NCBI GenBank assembly: GCA_963746505.1
Contig: CAVVBN010000014.1
Location: 72,823-136,822, forward strand
DNA length: 64,000 nt
DNA from: an uncultured delta proteobacterium
GTDB lineage: Bacteria; Desulfobacterota; Binatia; DP-6
Reading direction: 5' to 3'
Below are positions 40,843-50,762 of this stretch, in pieces (the first letter of the stretch is position 1; every line of letters begins with the position of its first letter). Position numbers and translations under genes: made by a program. The notes below the pieces were generated by a model. It saw only the letters and a program-made list of their open reading frames with translations. It ran no database searches and was not told where the DNA came from.

Positions 40843-41655
40843 TCAGTCGGCGCTGCAGACGTTCCAGTCGTCGGCAACGCCGGCGTTGTACACCAGGCTG
40901 TGATCGCAGGTGGTGTTCGTGAGCTTGGGCGGGCGCTGCGACTGGATGTCGGCGATCGCATTCCCGGTGACGGTGGAATCCTTCAGCACCACACGTTTCC
41001 CAGCGACCCCGACGGTCGAACCCGTCGCGGTGAGCCGGGTGATCTCCACCTTGCGGTCCCCGAGCACGCCATAGCTGCAGCCCGACACCGTGACGTCGTT
41101 GCCACGAACACCGGCACTGCGCTGGGTTGCGCCGATGCATTCGGACGGCTGGGCGTCGGTGAGGGTGACCGTCACGTGGTCGAGGACCGCCCGGCTGATC
41201 GGGTAGATGCCGAAGTGGCCAGCCTGGATGGAGACGTTCGTGAGGAAGACCTTGCCGTAGGCCACCTCGATGCCCGTCACGACGTTGTCGATGGTCAGAT
41301 CCGTCGCTGCGAGCCGCCCGCGGCTGTCGAGACCGATCGCGAGGCCGCCGCCACCGGTGATCCGGCCGTTGTTGACGGAGCACCGCGAGGCGCAGTGTAC
41401 GACGCCGAATATCTGCGGACCCACCTGAAGGGTCACGGTGTGCCCACCGAGATCGAGCTGAGCGCGCGGGCCGAGGTCGATACCGTGGTAGGGATGGGTT
41501 GCACCGCCCTGATTGCATGTGAAGTCGGCCGTGACGACACCCACCTGGCCCTCAGGCACCTCCGCCGGACAGCTCGAGATGTCGACCGCGGCCGCAAGAC
41601 GAGCCCCGAACACGAGCGGGATGATCACTGACGTAAGCCGAATCGCTGCGCGCAT
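40843..41655 (-). CDS. Secreted beta-helix-like protein, paralog A (of 53574-54383)
   Basis: Signal peptide. Shares the ...DISSCP...ADFTC... start and the C-terminal TTCDHS...VCSAD with the 53574 gene. Confidence 0.6.
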   Translation of the reverse strand: MRAAIRLTSVIIPLVFGARLAAAVDISSCPAEVPEGQVGVVTADFTCNQGGATHPYHGIDLGPRAQLDLGGHTVTLQVGPQIFGVVHCASRCSVNNGRITGGGGLAIGLDSRGRLAATDLTIDNVVTGIEVAYGKVFLTNVSIQAGHFGIYPISRAVLDHVTVTLTDAQPSECIGATQRSAGVRGNDVTVSGCSYGVLGDRKVEITRLTATGSTVGVAGKRVVLKDSTVTGNAIADIQSQRPPKLTNTTCDHSLVYNAGVADDWNVCSAD

Positions 41656-41837
41656 CGTGATTCCCCCCTGTCGGTCGCTGGTACCACCCCCTAGCGGCCG
41701 TCGACAAGCGCAAACATCGCTCGGGTATGCGGACCGAGTTCCAATGCCGAGACCCGCCCGCGACGGCGGCCCCGCAAGGGGAGTCACTGCTCTCCAGGTG
41801 AGGACCTGCGGGCAAAGATGTTACGACAGTCGACGAA

Positions 41838-42872
41838 ATGAGGAAGTCCAGAATGACTCGCTCTCGTAGAGTATTCGTCGCTCGCTTGACGGTTCTGCTG
41901 GCGCTGGCTGCCAATGAGGTGCCAACTTGGGCGTCCCCGAGTATGGCGACCGGCACGCCGGCCGCGATTGGGCGAAGCGGGCGTACCCAAGTCTACCTGC
42001 TCGGATCCCAGGGTGGGCAGCAGCGGACGCTGCTCACCGGCGCCAACATCCGCGGCGGTCCCTCGGCCCTGATCGTCGTGGACGGGGTCGGCTACATGCT
42101 GGACGCCGGCGTTGGCGCACTCTTGCGACTCAACGAGGCCGGCTTCGACGCCAACGTCGTCCGCCACATCTTCGTGACCCACCACCATCAGGACCACAAC
42201 GCGGATCTCGGCAGCATGATCGGCTTCAGCTGGACGGCGGGGCGTTGGGGCAGCGCCGACCGCAGGCTCGACGTCTGGGGCCCGCCCGGGACCAAGGCCT
42301 ACATCCGCGGCTACAAGATCTCGACCGCACGGAACATCGCCGACCAGGAGGGCCCGTTGGTCCAGAAGCCCACCCTCGACGCGTACGTGCACGGCCACGA
42401 GCTGTCGATGCAGGGTGGGGTTCGCACCGCCGGTGTCCGGGTCATGAGCGACGAGCGAATGACCGTGAGCACGATTCGGGTCAACCATGGGTCGCTTCCA
42501 TCGGTCGCCTACCGCTTCGAGACGCCGGATCTCACGGTCGTCTTCAGCGGTGACCGCGGCGATCGCGGCGACGGGCTGGCTGGGTTCGCCAGAGGTGCCG
42601 ACATCCTCTTCCACGAGATCAGTGATCTCGACGTCGTGAGGGCAGCTCTCGCGGCGCAGGGAGCGCCGCAACGCTACGTCGATCACCAGATCCACGATCA
42701 CTCCGGCGGCGAGCTCGTCGGGCGAACGGCGACTGAAGCGGGCGTCCCCAAGCTCGTGCTCTACCACTTGGTCCCCGGCACTGCCGCACTCAGCGACGAG
42801 CGGTGGCGCTCGCTGGTCTCCCCCTACTACGCGGGCGAAATCCTCGTCGGGAAGGATCTGTCCGAGTTCTAG
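41838..42872 (+). CDS. Secreted MBL-fold metallo-hydrolase
   Basis: Signal peptide. VTHHHQDH motif and downstream His/Asp metal ligands. Confidence 0.75.
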   Translation: MRKSRMTRSRRVFVARLTVLLALAANEVPTWASPSMATGTPAAIGRSGRTQVYLLGSQGGQQRTLLTGANIRGGPSALIVVDGVGYMLDAGVGALLRLNEAGFDANVVRHIFVTHHHQDHNADLGSMIGFSWTAGRWGSADRRLDVWGPPGTKAYIRGYKISTARNIADQEGPLVQKPTLDAYVHGHELSMQGGVRTAGVRVMSDERMTVSTIRVNHGSLPSVAYRFETPDLTVVFSGDRGDRGDGLAGFARGADILFHEISDLDVVRAALAAQGAPQRYVDHQIHDHSGGELVGRTATEAGVPKLVLYHLVPGTAALSDERWRSLVSPYYAGEILVGKDLSEF

Positions 42873-43031
42873 GAGCCGGGCCACCGAGCGCGGGCTCGGC
42901 CAACCCCCGTTCGCCCACGTGGAGGGGTCCCGCGGGGGGCGAGCACCCCGAAATGCCCGTCCCGTGCAGAAAAACCGCTTGACAGCTCGAGCGCACGGAA
43001 CATAGTTCGTCCCACAAGGGGGGCGAGATAT

Positions 43032-44321
43032 ATGCTCGGTCTTCCCGCGCTGCTTGCGGCCGGCCTCATGCTGACGTGGGGTGGCTCGGTCGCTCGCGCC
43101 GACCATACCGTTTTCGACTACGCGGTCGAACGGTTCGAGGCCGACGGCAACATCTTCGGGTCCGCCGACGGGGTGTTCGACCTGATCGACGAATTCGACG
43201 ACGGCATCCTTGGCCCGACCTTCGGGCACCTCTTCGGCACCACGATCGAGCAGAACGGGGCGATGCATCTCAAGAACCCCGGTACCCACTTCTCGCTCAA
43301 CTTCCCCTGGACGCTCGATCAGAGCGACGTCAACAGCACGAGCCAGCTCGTGCGGGAGGGACACGGCGCCGGAGTCTACCGAACCATCTGGGTGCCGACG
43401 GCAATCGGGGTCAACCACTATCTCCACATGACCTTCTGGGCCGGGACCGACGTCGTCGGGATCGCCCTCACGAATTTCGACGAGACGATCACCAACCTCT
43501 ACGATCCGCCCGATCCAAGTGCGATCGGTCTCCGGATGACCGCCCATCACGAGCGCTTCGAGAACTTCGCCTTGACCAACGTCTCGCTCGAGCACCACCC
43601 CATCGATGCAGTCCCCGGGGCCATCGTCTTCGAGCTGCGTTTCGACGACACGACACGCACGGTGAGCGTCGGGTTCAGCGTCGACGGGGGCGCGACCTTC
43701 GATCGCGGCTTCGCGCCGATGCCGATCGGGTTCGCGCCCGGCAGCCAGGCCGGTGCCACGATCCTCGTCGGCGCCGACCCGTACGAAGCCAACGCCGCCC
43801 CGCCCCCGCCCGAGTGCCCGCTCACCTTCTTCCTCGACCAGGCGACGATCAAGAACGGCGGCGGCCCGGCGGGCAAGGGTGCCCTGACGCTCCATGGGGC
43901 GATCGGGAACGACCTCCTCGATCCGCTGAATCAGGGCATGACGCTGCTGCTCGTCGACATGGGCGCGGGCGGCGGGGAGCCGGCGTGGACGGTCGCGATC
44001 CCGCCCGGCGGGCCGGGAAGCGGGTGCGATCCCCGCGACGGCTGGCGGTCGGGATCGCGGGGCCGGGCCAGCTACCGGAACGTGTCGGGCGCGTTCCCGC
44101 CCGGATGTGCACCGGGAACGGCCGGGGGGCTGGTGAAGGCCAAGACCAAGGCCGCGGCCTCGGACGTGAGGGTCATGGTCAAGCGCGCAACGCTCCCGTC
44201 GCTGGTCGGACCGCTGGTCGTCGGTTACGTGAACCCCGCGGCGGCGGCGGGTCAGTGCGGCAACTGGCTCTCCGCGCCCACGGCCTGCGTCTCGAGCGGG
44301 TACAAGCTGCGCTGTCGGTAG
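43032..44321 (+). CDS. Secreted hypothetical protein, uncharacterised family X, paralog A (of 56184-57473)
   Basis: Signal peptide. N-terminus HTVFDYAVERFEADGN is almost identical in the paralog. Conserved INHYLHM, CDPRDG and a C-terminal Cys pattern. Confidence 0.6.
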   Translation: MLGLPALLAAGLMLTWGGSVARADHTVFDYAVERFEADGNIFGSADGVFDLIDEFDDGILGPTFGHLFGTTIEQNGAMHLKNPGTHFSLNFPWTLDQSDVNSTSQLVREGHGAGVYRTIWVPTAIGVNHYLHMTFWAGTDVVGIALTNFDETITNLYDPPDPSAIGLRMTAHHERFENFALTNVSLEHHPIDAVPGAIVFELRFDDTTRTVSVGFSVDGGATFDRGFAPMPIGFAPGSQAGATILVGADPYEANAAPPPPECPLTFFLDQATIKNGGGPAGKGALTLHGAIGNDLLDPLNQGMTLLLVDMGAGGGEPAWTVAIPPGGPGSGCDPRDGWRSGSRGRASYRNVSGAFPPGCAPGTAGGLVKAKTKAAASDVRVMVKRATLPSLVGPLVVGYVNPAAAAGQCGNWLSAPTACVSSGYKLRCR

Positions 44322-44325
44322 GCGG

Positions 44326-44577
44326 CTAGGCGCCCCATTCGGCGTGGACTGCGGCCTTGAGGGCCGAGACCACCGCCTCGAGCTCCGCGACGCTGCTCGG
44401 GTCGCGCCAATTCCAGAGATCGAGCGCCCGCCGCAACAGATCGCTCCAGAGGACATCCGCCGGCGATTCGCTTCCGGGGCGCGGCAGGCTGGCCAGATAC
44501 GGCATGATATCGACGACTTGCGCTGCTGGCCGATCGGCCGATCGGGGGGATTCCAGGGCGACGAGTGGAGACTTCAT
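44326..44577 (-). CDS. Small hypothetical protein
   Basis: ORF only, 83 aa, no motifs. Confidence 0.25.
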   Translation of the reverse strand: MKSPLVALESPRSADRPAAQVVDIMPYLASLPRPGSESPADVLWSDLLRRALDLWNWRDPSSVAELEAVVSALKAAVHAEWGA

Positions 44578-44660
44578 ATCGTTTCGAAGTCATACGCCCG
44601 CCCAGTCACCTGCGGTCAATGCCGTATTGTTCCCGATGCCACTACGGGAAACTCCGGTAG

Positions 44661-45302
44661 CTAGTCGTCGACCTCGACGAGCAGCTTGAAGTGTATCAAC
44701 TCGGCCACGGAATGGACTCCCAGCTTGCGCATGAGCGCCGCCCGGTATGTCTCGACAGTCTTGGATGCCAACCCGAGCTCCGCCGCGATCCACTTGTTTG
44801 GTCTTCCGGCCGTGACGAACCGGAGCACTTGCCGTTCGCGCCGGCTCAGAAGATCGAACAGCGCTCTGGCTGCCCGGCGGCGGGCATCCGCCGCCCGCAT
44901 CTGCTGGTCGAGCTCGATCGCCTGGTGGACTCGATCGAGCAGGAGTTGCTCCTCGACCGGCTTTTCCATCACGTCGAGCGCGCCGGACCTCATGGCACGC
45001 ACCGCGGTACGGACGTCGCCGAAGCCCGTCACCACGATCACCGGCATGCTAGACTGGCGGTTTCGCAGGTTCGCCAGAAGGTCGAGGCCGCCCATGCCGG
45101 GAAGCCGGACGTCGAGCACCAGGCAGCCTGGGCGGTCTGGCCCGCAGCCCTCCAGGAATTCCCGCGCGCTGCCGTATGCCTCCACGGCAAGACCGACCGA
45201 CTGCAGCAGCCAGGTGAGCGAGTCCCGGATGCCCGTGTCGTCGTCGACGACGAATACCGTGGCCGGAACGTCGCCCGGGTTCTGCTCTAGCAAGCTGGTC
45301 AT
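44661..45302 (-). CDS. Response regulator, FixJ/NarL (LuxR-type HTH) family
   Basis: Receiver domain (VFVVDDD, LVLDVRLPGM, K in EKP) plus a LuxR-type HTH (ETYRAALMRKLGV). Confidence 0.9.
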   Translation of the reverse strand: MTSLLEQNPGDVPATVFVVDDDTGIRDSLTWLLQSVGLAVEAYGSAREFLEGCGPDRPGCLVLDVRLPGMGGLDLLANLRNRQSSMPVIVVTGFGDVRTAVRAMRSGALDVMEKPVEEQLLLDRVHQAIELDQQMRAADARRRAARALFDLLSRRERQVLRFVTAGRPNKWIAAELGLASKTVETYRAALMRKLGVHSVAELIHFKLLVEVDD

Positions 45303-45362
45303 CCGTACCGCTCCGATCGATCGAGGGATAGCCGGCGCTCGGACGGACCGTCAAGGATCGCC

Positions 45363-46730
45363 ATGAGGGTGGCCCCCCTGGCCGCTCTGGTTTGCCCCGG
45401 TCGCCCCCCACCGTGCTATGCGACCCCCATGAAAGCACCGGACACCGGGGCGCACGCCTCGCCTCCGGGCGGGGCCGCCGAGCTCGTCGAGTCGGTGCTG
45501 GGTCCGCAACCTGACGACCTGCAGGCGCTGCTCGACTCGGTTCCGGCGTTCATCTGGTACAAGGACCGGAACAACCGCATTCTCCGCGCGAACAGGCTGG
45601 CGGCGGAGTCGATGGGGATGCGGGTCGAGGAGATCGAGGGGCGCTCGACCTACGATCTCTATCCGGACGAGGCGGCGCAGTATCATGAGGCCGATCTCGA
45701 GGTCATCGGCTCGGGGCAGCCGAAACTGGGGATCGTCGAGACGATGCGCACCGCCTCGGGGGAGAAGCGCTGGGTACGCACCGACAAGATTCCCTACCGC
45801 AATCCGCAGGGAGAGGTCGTCGGTCTGATCGTCTTCGCGATCGACATCTCCGAGCGGATATCTGCCGAGGAGGCCTTGCGGCGCACGCACGAGGACCTCG
45901 AGCGGCGCGTCGACGAGCGGACGCGACAGCTCGCGGCGGCGGTGGACATTCTCAACGCGGAGATGACCGAGCGCCAGCGAGCCGAGCAGCGCGTCCACGA
46001 GCAGCAGGCCGAGCTGGCGCACGTGCTGCGCCTGCATACGCTCGAGAGCATGGCCGCCAACCTGGCGCACGAGATCAACCAGCCCTTGTCGGCGATCGTC
46101 AACTTCGCCTCCGGGCTCGGGCGCTGGCTCGAGGCCGGCGAGCTCGACGTCGAAACGGCCCGGCAGGTCGTCGATCGGATCAGCCGCGAGGCACTGCGTG
46201 CCGCCGAGGTCGTGCGGCGCCTCCGCGCCTCGGTGCGCAAGGAGGCGCCCAAGAGGGAGCTCTGCGACCTGCGGCCCGTTCTGGGCGCCGCGGCGTCGCT
46301 CATTACCGCCGAGGCCAAGGCCGCGGGGGTGGCGCTGCATCTGGATCTCGATTCGTCGCTCCCGGACGTCGAGATCGACCGCGTGCAGATCGAGCAGGTC
46401 GTGCTGAACCTGCTGCGCAACGCGCTCGAGGCGGTGTCCGAGGGTACGCGCGGGACGCACGCGATCCATCTGGAGGCCGTGGCGAGGGCCGACGGCGGCT
46501 GCGAGGTGCGGGTCCGCGACGATGGCCCGGGGCTCCCGGGGGGCGACCTGACGAAACTGCTGGAGCCGTTCTTCACCACCAAGCCGCAGGGGCTGGGCAT
46601 GGGGCTTCCGATCAGCCGACGGATCGTCGAGGCGCACGGCGGCAGCCTGCGAGGGTTCACGAACGCCGAGGGCGGTGCGACACTCGCGTTCACGCTCCCG
46701 GCGCCCCGTCCCAGAGCGAGCGCGGGCTGA
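45363..46730 (+). CDS. PAS-domain sensor histidine kinase (FixL-like)
   Basis: PAS fold followed by an H-box (ANLAHEINQPLSAI) and HATPase N/G1/G2 boxes (NLLRNALEA, DDGPGLP, GLGMGL). Divergent from the response regulator gene. Confidence 0.85.
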   Translation: MRVAPLAALVCPGRPPPCYATPMKAPDTGAHASPPGGAAELVESVLGPQPDDLQALLDSVPAFIWYKDRNNRILRANRLAAESMGMRVEEIEGRSTYDLYPDEAAQYHEADLEVIGSGQPKLGIVETMRTASGEKRWVRTDKIPYRNPQGEVVGLIVFAIDISERISAEEALRRTHEDLERRVDERTRQLAAAVDILNAEMTERQRAEQRVHEQQAELAHVLRLHTLESMAANLAHEINQPLSAIVNFASGLGRWLEAGELDVETARQVVDRISREALRAAEVVRRLRASVRKEAPKRELCDLRPVLGAAASLITAEAKAAGVALHLDLDSSLPDVEIDRVQIEQVVLNLLRNALEAVSEGTRGTHAIHLEAVARADGGCEVRVRDDGPGLPGGDLTKLLEPFFTTKPQGLGMGLPISRRIVEAHGGSLRGFTNAEGGATLAFTLPAPRPRASAG

Positions 46731-46798
46731 CGGCTTCCGCGGTCGGCGCCTCCGCGTGGCCGAGGGACCCCGCTGGAGACCGGCGCTGACGAGGGGCG

Positions 46799-47440
46799 TC
46801 ACGGGATCGTCGTCGTGGTGCTCGTCGACGTCGAGGAGGTGGTCGACGTCGTCGAGGTCGTTGACGACGTCGTGGTGGTCTTCGGTGGCTTCGGCAGCGG
46901 GCACCGTTCGACCGTGAAGGTGACCGGCGGCGTCACGACGTCGATGATCCCGACGCGCCGGCGCAACCTGCGGAGCGCTCGCGCGCAGAGCGCCGCACGC
47001 CGTGAGGGCGCGACGCCGAGCGTCGCCAGCCGGGCATCGGAGCAGATCGTGAGGGAGAGGGTGCAGGCGATCGGCTCCTCGTGCCGCGCCACGTCCGAGA
47101 GCTGCAGCGTTCGCGTCCCGACGAAGCCTCCCAGCGCCGATGCCGGGGACAAGGCCACGCCGGCGTAGAACGGCACCTGGTCGGACTCGGTGGGTCTGAT
47201 CTCCCGCGTGCGGAAGCGCAGCGCCTGCCGGATCGCCCTGCGTTTCTGGTCGCTCACGGATGCTGGCGCCCCGATCGGGAGCTGCAGGCTGTACTTCAGG
47301 CCGATCTGCACGCGATGGAGCTGCTCGGCGCGGTCCGTGCACGTCACCTTGAGCGAACACGTCACGACGAGGTGCGCCGGAAAGCGTGCCTCGGCCGGCA
47401 CCCCACCGCCGGAGGCGAGCAGCGCAGCCATCGAGACGGC
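46799..47440 (-). CDS. Secreted hypothetical protein with a Thr/Ser-rich C-terminal tail
   Basis: Hydrophobic N-terminus. The tail is TTTTSSTTSTTSTTSSTSTSTTTT. The start is uncertain (47440-47560). Confidence 0.45.
   Translation of the reverse strand, partial: AVSMAALLASGGGVPAEARFPAHLVVTCSLKVTCTDRAEQLHRVQIGLKYSLQLPIGAPASVSDQKRRAIRQALRFRTREIRPTESDQVPFYAGVALSPASALGGFVGTRTLQLSDVARHEEPIACTLSLTICSDARLATLGVAPSRRAALCARALRRLRRRVGIIDVVTPPVTFTVERCPLPKPPKTTTTSSTTSTTSTTSSTSTSTTTTIP
46800..46880 (-). repeat. Low-complexity codon-repeat (ACG/TCG/ACC) tract encoding the poly-Thr/Ser tail
   Basis: Visible in sequence as gtcgtcgacgtcgaggaggtggtcgacgtcgtcgaggtcgttgacgacgtcgtggtggtc. Confidence 0.6.
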
Positions 47441-47552
47441 AGCCGTGCGCAGCACGCTTGCCGGGCTACGTCCCACGCCATTCACGGTGCCATGCCACCG
47501 CGCCACGAGCAACGTCGCGAGTCTCCGCGTCCCGTCCAGCGCAGGAGTGCAG

Positions 47553-48610
47553 CTATGCAACGCGCCGCAGCTCTTCCGCCAGCTTCCTCGCCGCCTCCAG
47601 CATCGCCGCCCGGCTCGACGGGCTGATCGACGTCATGTTGCAGAAGCCATGGACCAGCCCGGCATGGCGCCGCAGCCACGTGCGCACGCCCGCGTCCTCG
47701 AGGCGGCGGGCATACGCCTCGCCCTCGTCGCGCAGCGGATCGAAGCCGGCGGTGAGGACGAGCGCGGGCGGGAGCCCCGAGAGGTCGGGTGCGAGCAGTG
47801 GCGAGGCGCGGGGATCGCGCGCGGCGTCGGCGTCCCGGAGATAATGGCCGATGTACCAATCCATCTCACCCGCCGTGAGGAAGAAGCCCTCGGAAAAGAG
47901 CCGATACGAGCAGGAGCGGTTGGCGAGATCGGTGACCGGGTAGATCAGCATCTGCGCCGTGGGACGCGGCCCACCGTCGCGCGTCGTCACCAGCGAGACG
48001 ACCGCCGACAGGTTGCCGCCCGCGCTGTCGCCCGCGACGGCGACGCGCCGGGCATCGAAGCCCAGGGTACTGGCCTCGCACGCAGCCCAACGAAAGGCCG
48101 CGACGGCGTCGTCGACCGCGGCGGGAAACCTGTGCTCCGGCGCCAGGCGATAGTCGATCGACAGCACGCCGGCGTCGACCTCGCGCGCGAGGAAGCGGCA
48201 GACACCGTCGTGCGTATCGAGATCGCCGACGACCCAACCACCGCCGTGGTAGTAGACGATGAGCGGGCGCACGCGCCGCTCGGCCGAGGGGACGTAGAGC
48301 CGCGCCCGCAACGAGCCTGCGGGCCCCGGGATCTCGAGCGACTCGACGCTTGCCACCGCCTCGGCGAGCCCCGCCGCGAGCGCAGCCGTACGGCGGATGT
48401 CGGCGCGCGCTTCGAGCGGCGTCATGGTGTCGAGGGCGCGATGGCCCAGCAGGGTCGCGAGCCGCAGGATCAGCTGGATGTCGGCGTCCAGCTCGGCATC
48501 ATCGAGTCGCACCGTCCCGCCGCCGGAGAGGAGGCGGAGTACACCGGGCGGCAACCAGTCGAGTGCGGCCGCGACCCCCCACCCGAGCAAGGCGAGCAGG
48601 CGGTTCTTCA
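47553..48610 (-). CDS. Alpha/beta hydrolase, HSL-family carboxylesterase/lipase
   Basis: HGGGW oxyanion motif, GDSAGGNL nucleophile elbow and a signal peptide. Alternative start at 48650. Confidence 0.85.
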
Positions 48611-48729
48611 TGTCGAGCGGCGCTCTACACCGAGCCGGCTCCGCTGTCATGCCAGCCCGCTGCCGGCCGGCCGATTGACGGCTCGCCGGCCGCGGGACTA
48701 CGGTTCAGCCAGTGCACATCCCCCGCTTC

Positions 48730-49101
48730 ATGCGGAGCGTGAACCGCGTCTTCACGAACCCCGTGATGGGAACGATCGCGTGGATCGTGCCGCCGCTGGC
48801 AGTCGTGCACCACGTGGGGCGAAAGAGCGGCAAGCCCTATCGCTCGCCGGTGATCGCGATCGCGAGCGAGCATGGCTTCGTGATTCCGATGACGTACGGG
48901 CGGGACGTCGACTGGGCGCGGAATCTGCTGCACGGCCGTGGCGGCGAGCTGGAGCGGATGGGGCGGCGGGTGACGGTGCGGAATCCGAGGATCGTGGGGC
49001 TGGACGAGGCCCGGCCGCATCTTCCGGCGCCGGCGCGGGCGTTCTTCGGAATGATGAACTTCCCGGGCTTCGTGCTGCTCGACGCGTCGAGCGCGCGCTA
49101 G
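48730..49101 (+). CDS. Deazaflavin-dependent nitroreductase-family protein (DUF385), second copy
   Basis: NRVFTNPVM...HHVGRKSGKPYRSPV...ASEHGFVIPMTYG matches the DUF385 pattern. Confidence 0.6.
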   Translation: MRSVNRVFTNPVMGTIAWIVPPLAVVHHVGRKSGKPYRSPVIAIASEHGFVIPMTYGRDVDWARNLLHGRGGELERMGRRVTVRNPRIVGLDEARPHLPAPARAFFGMMNFPGFVLLDASSAR

Positions 49102-49230
49102 TCGTCCCCGGGGGCCACCGTTCAGCGTGGGCACGTCGCGTCGGCGCAGGATGCTGCCCAGCTGGGATATCCCGGCCCTGGGGAGATGGTCGTTGGATGG
49201 ATGCGGATGAAGGCGCTCGCCGAATCGCCG

Positions 49231-50649
49231 TCAGCGTGCCGTCACGATGGTCCGCACGGGCAGGCGGCGCGCGCGCCCGCAGGCGCGCGCGTATCCGTTG
49301 CGGCACGCCTGGGCATACAACTGATGCGCACCGGCGACGTCGCCGTCGTCCTCTCGGAGTTGCGCCAGCACGTCGCACCCCCCCGGGTCGCCAGCCGCGC
49401 ACGATCGGGTTGCGAAGCGGAGCGCGCTGGCACCGCTGCGCTCGTCGTTGGCGTACATCCGGGCGAGCGTGTGGCAGTCGTATGCGGACCACCCGTCGCA
49501 GCTACCATCCAGCAGTGCCACGGCCTGCGCGTGCAACCGCTCGACCTGCTGGGGGGTGCACTGCGCGCGCGGACCCGGATAGGACAGGTGGTCGGTGCAC
49601 AGCTCGGCGAGGTGCGCGCAGGCGTGCCCGTCATCTCCATCGCAGGCGGCGCGCGCCAGGTTCGCGGATCGTGCCACGCTGCGCCGCGACCCCTCGTCGT
49701 CGAGATACAGCTCGGCGAGCGCGCCGCACCCGAACGCGTCGCCACCGGTGCAGGCCTTCGAGAGGAGGCTCCAGGCCTTGGTGGTGTCGCGGGCGACCCC
49801 GCGTCCGTCCCGATACAGGAGACCCGCCCGCGCGCAGCTGCCCGTCTCGCCGCGACTGCAGCGCCGCATGCAATCGGCGGCGTCGTAGGGCCGGCAGCGC
49901 GACCGCGCAACCCGCAACCGCCGACCGGTCGGTGGCGTGGCGTCCTCATGGTCGGGCGGCAGCGGGAACGCGCGCAGCGACGCAGCGAGCTCCGTGTACA
50001 GGTCGCCGACCCAGGATGGAGGCCGCCGCAGCCGCGCGAGCGCCGCCCGCGGCTCGACCCGCCGGAGGTCGAGCGGGCTGATGATCATCTCCACGTGCTC
50101 GGTGCCGATGCGACTCGTGAGGACGAACAGCTCCTCGATGGCGTCGTCGCCGACCGGAAGACAGCCATCGGAGACGGCGTCGCCGTGGACCATGATGTCA
50201 CCGCCGAGCGCCGCCCGGCCGTCGTCCCGGGCGCGGAGCTGGTCGACCGCGTTGGGATAGTCGACGCGCAGGGACAAGTGGTAGCGGCTGTTCGGGTTCA
50301 GGGCCGCGATACGGTACACGCCCTCGGGAACCTGATGGTCGCCCTGGCGGAGCTTCGGCCCGAGCTGCCCGCTGGCCGCGAGCACCAGATAGGAACGGAC
50401 GAAGCGCCACCCGGCGCCGCCGTCGGCCCACAGCTCGAGCCGTCCCTCGTCCTTGAGGGCGACGAGCGCCATCGCCTGTGGCGGGTAGACGCCGGCGCGC
50501 GCGGCGATGAGGGGGGCGATTCGCTGCTCGGCCTCGCGGAGCGCCGCAGGCGATACGGCTGCTCGCGCCGGTCCCGCGACCAGGCCCACGACGCACATCA
50601 TCAACGCCAAGCGACGCACTCGACGAATTCCTCTCCCCCGCCCCGCCAT
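49231..50649 (-). CDS. L,D-transpeptidase catalytic (YkuD) domain fused to Cys-rich Sel1-like repeats
   Basis: Signal peptide. YkuD-like HQVPEGVY...IMVHGDAVSDGCLPV. Four C-terminal repeats of A-x-x-AC-x-GGD-x-x-GC-x-x-LA-x-LY. Alternative start at 50601. Confidence 0.55.
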   Translation of the reverse strand: MAGRGRGIRRVRRLALMMCVVGLVAGPARAAVSPAALREAEQRIAPLIAARAGVYPPQAMALVALKDEGRLELWADGGAGWRFVRSYLVLAASGQLGPKLRQGDHQVPEGVYRIAALNPNSRYHLSLRVDYPNAVDQLRARDDGRAALGGDIMVHGDAVSDGCLPVGDDAIEELFVLTSRIGTEHVEMIISPLDLRRVEPRAALARLRRPPSWVGDLYTELAASLRAFPLPPDHEDATPPTGRRLRVARSRCRPYDAADCMRRCSRGETGSCARAGLLYRDGRGVARDTTKAWSLLSKACTGGDAFGCGALAELYLDDEGSRRSVARSANLARAACDGDDGHACAHLAELCTDHLSYPGPRAQCTPQQVERLHAQAVALLDGSCDGWSAYDCHTLARMYANDERSGASALRFATRSCAAGDPGGCDVLAQLREDDGDVAGAHQLYAQACRNGYARACGRARRLPVRTIVTAR

Positions 50650-50762
50650 CCCCGCCGTGCCCGGAGCCAGCGCCCGTCGGGTACCCTGATCCGGGGCATC
50701 GGTCAACCGAAACCCCTTGGACGCGAAGCTCCCGGGGGTACCCTCGGCGGTGTAGAAGGTCG

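Noticed and set aside
41784-44456. 890-aa minus-strand ORF
   Set aside because: Antisense of the MBL hydrolase and family-X genes. No motifs and an Arg/Gly/Asp-biased composition.
47190-50081. 963-aa plus-strand ORF
   Set aside because: Arg/Ala/Pro-rich antisense translation across three well-supported minus-strand genes (esterase, L,D-transpeptidase fusion) and the plus-strand DUF385 gene.
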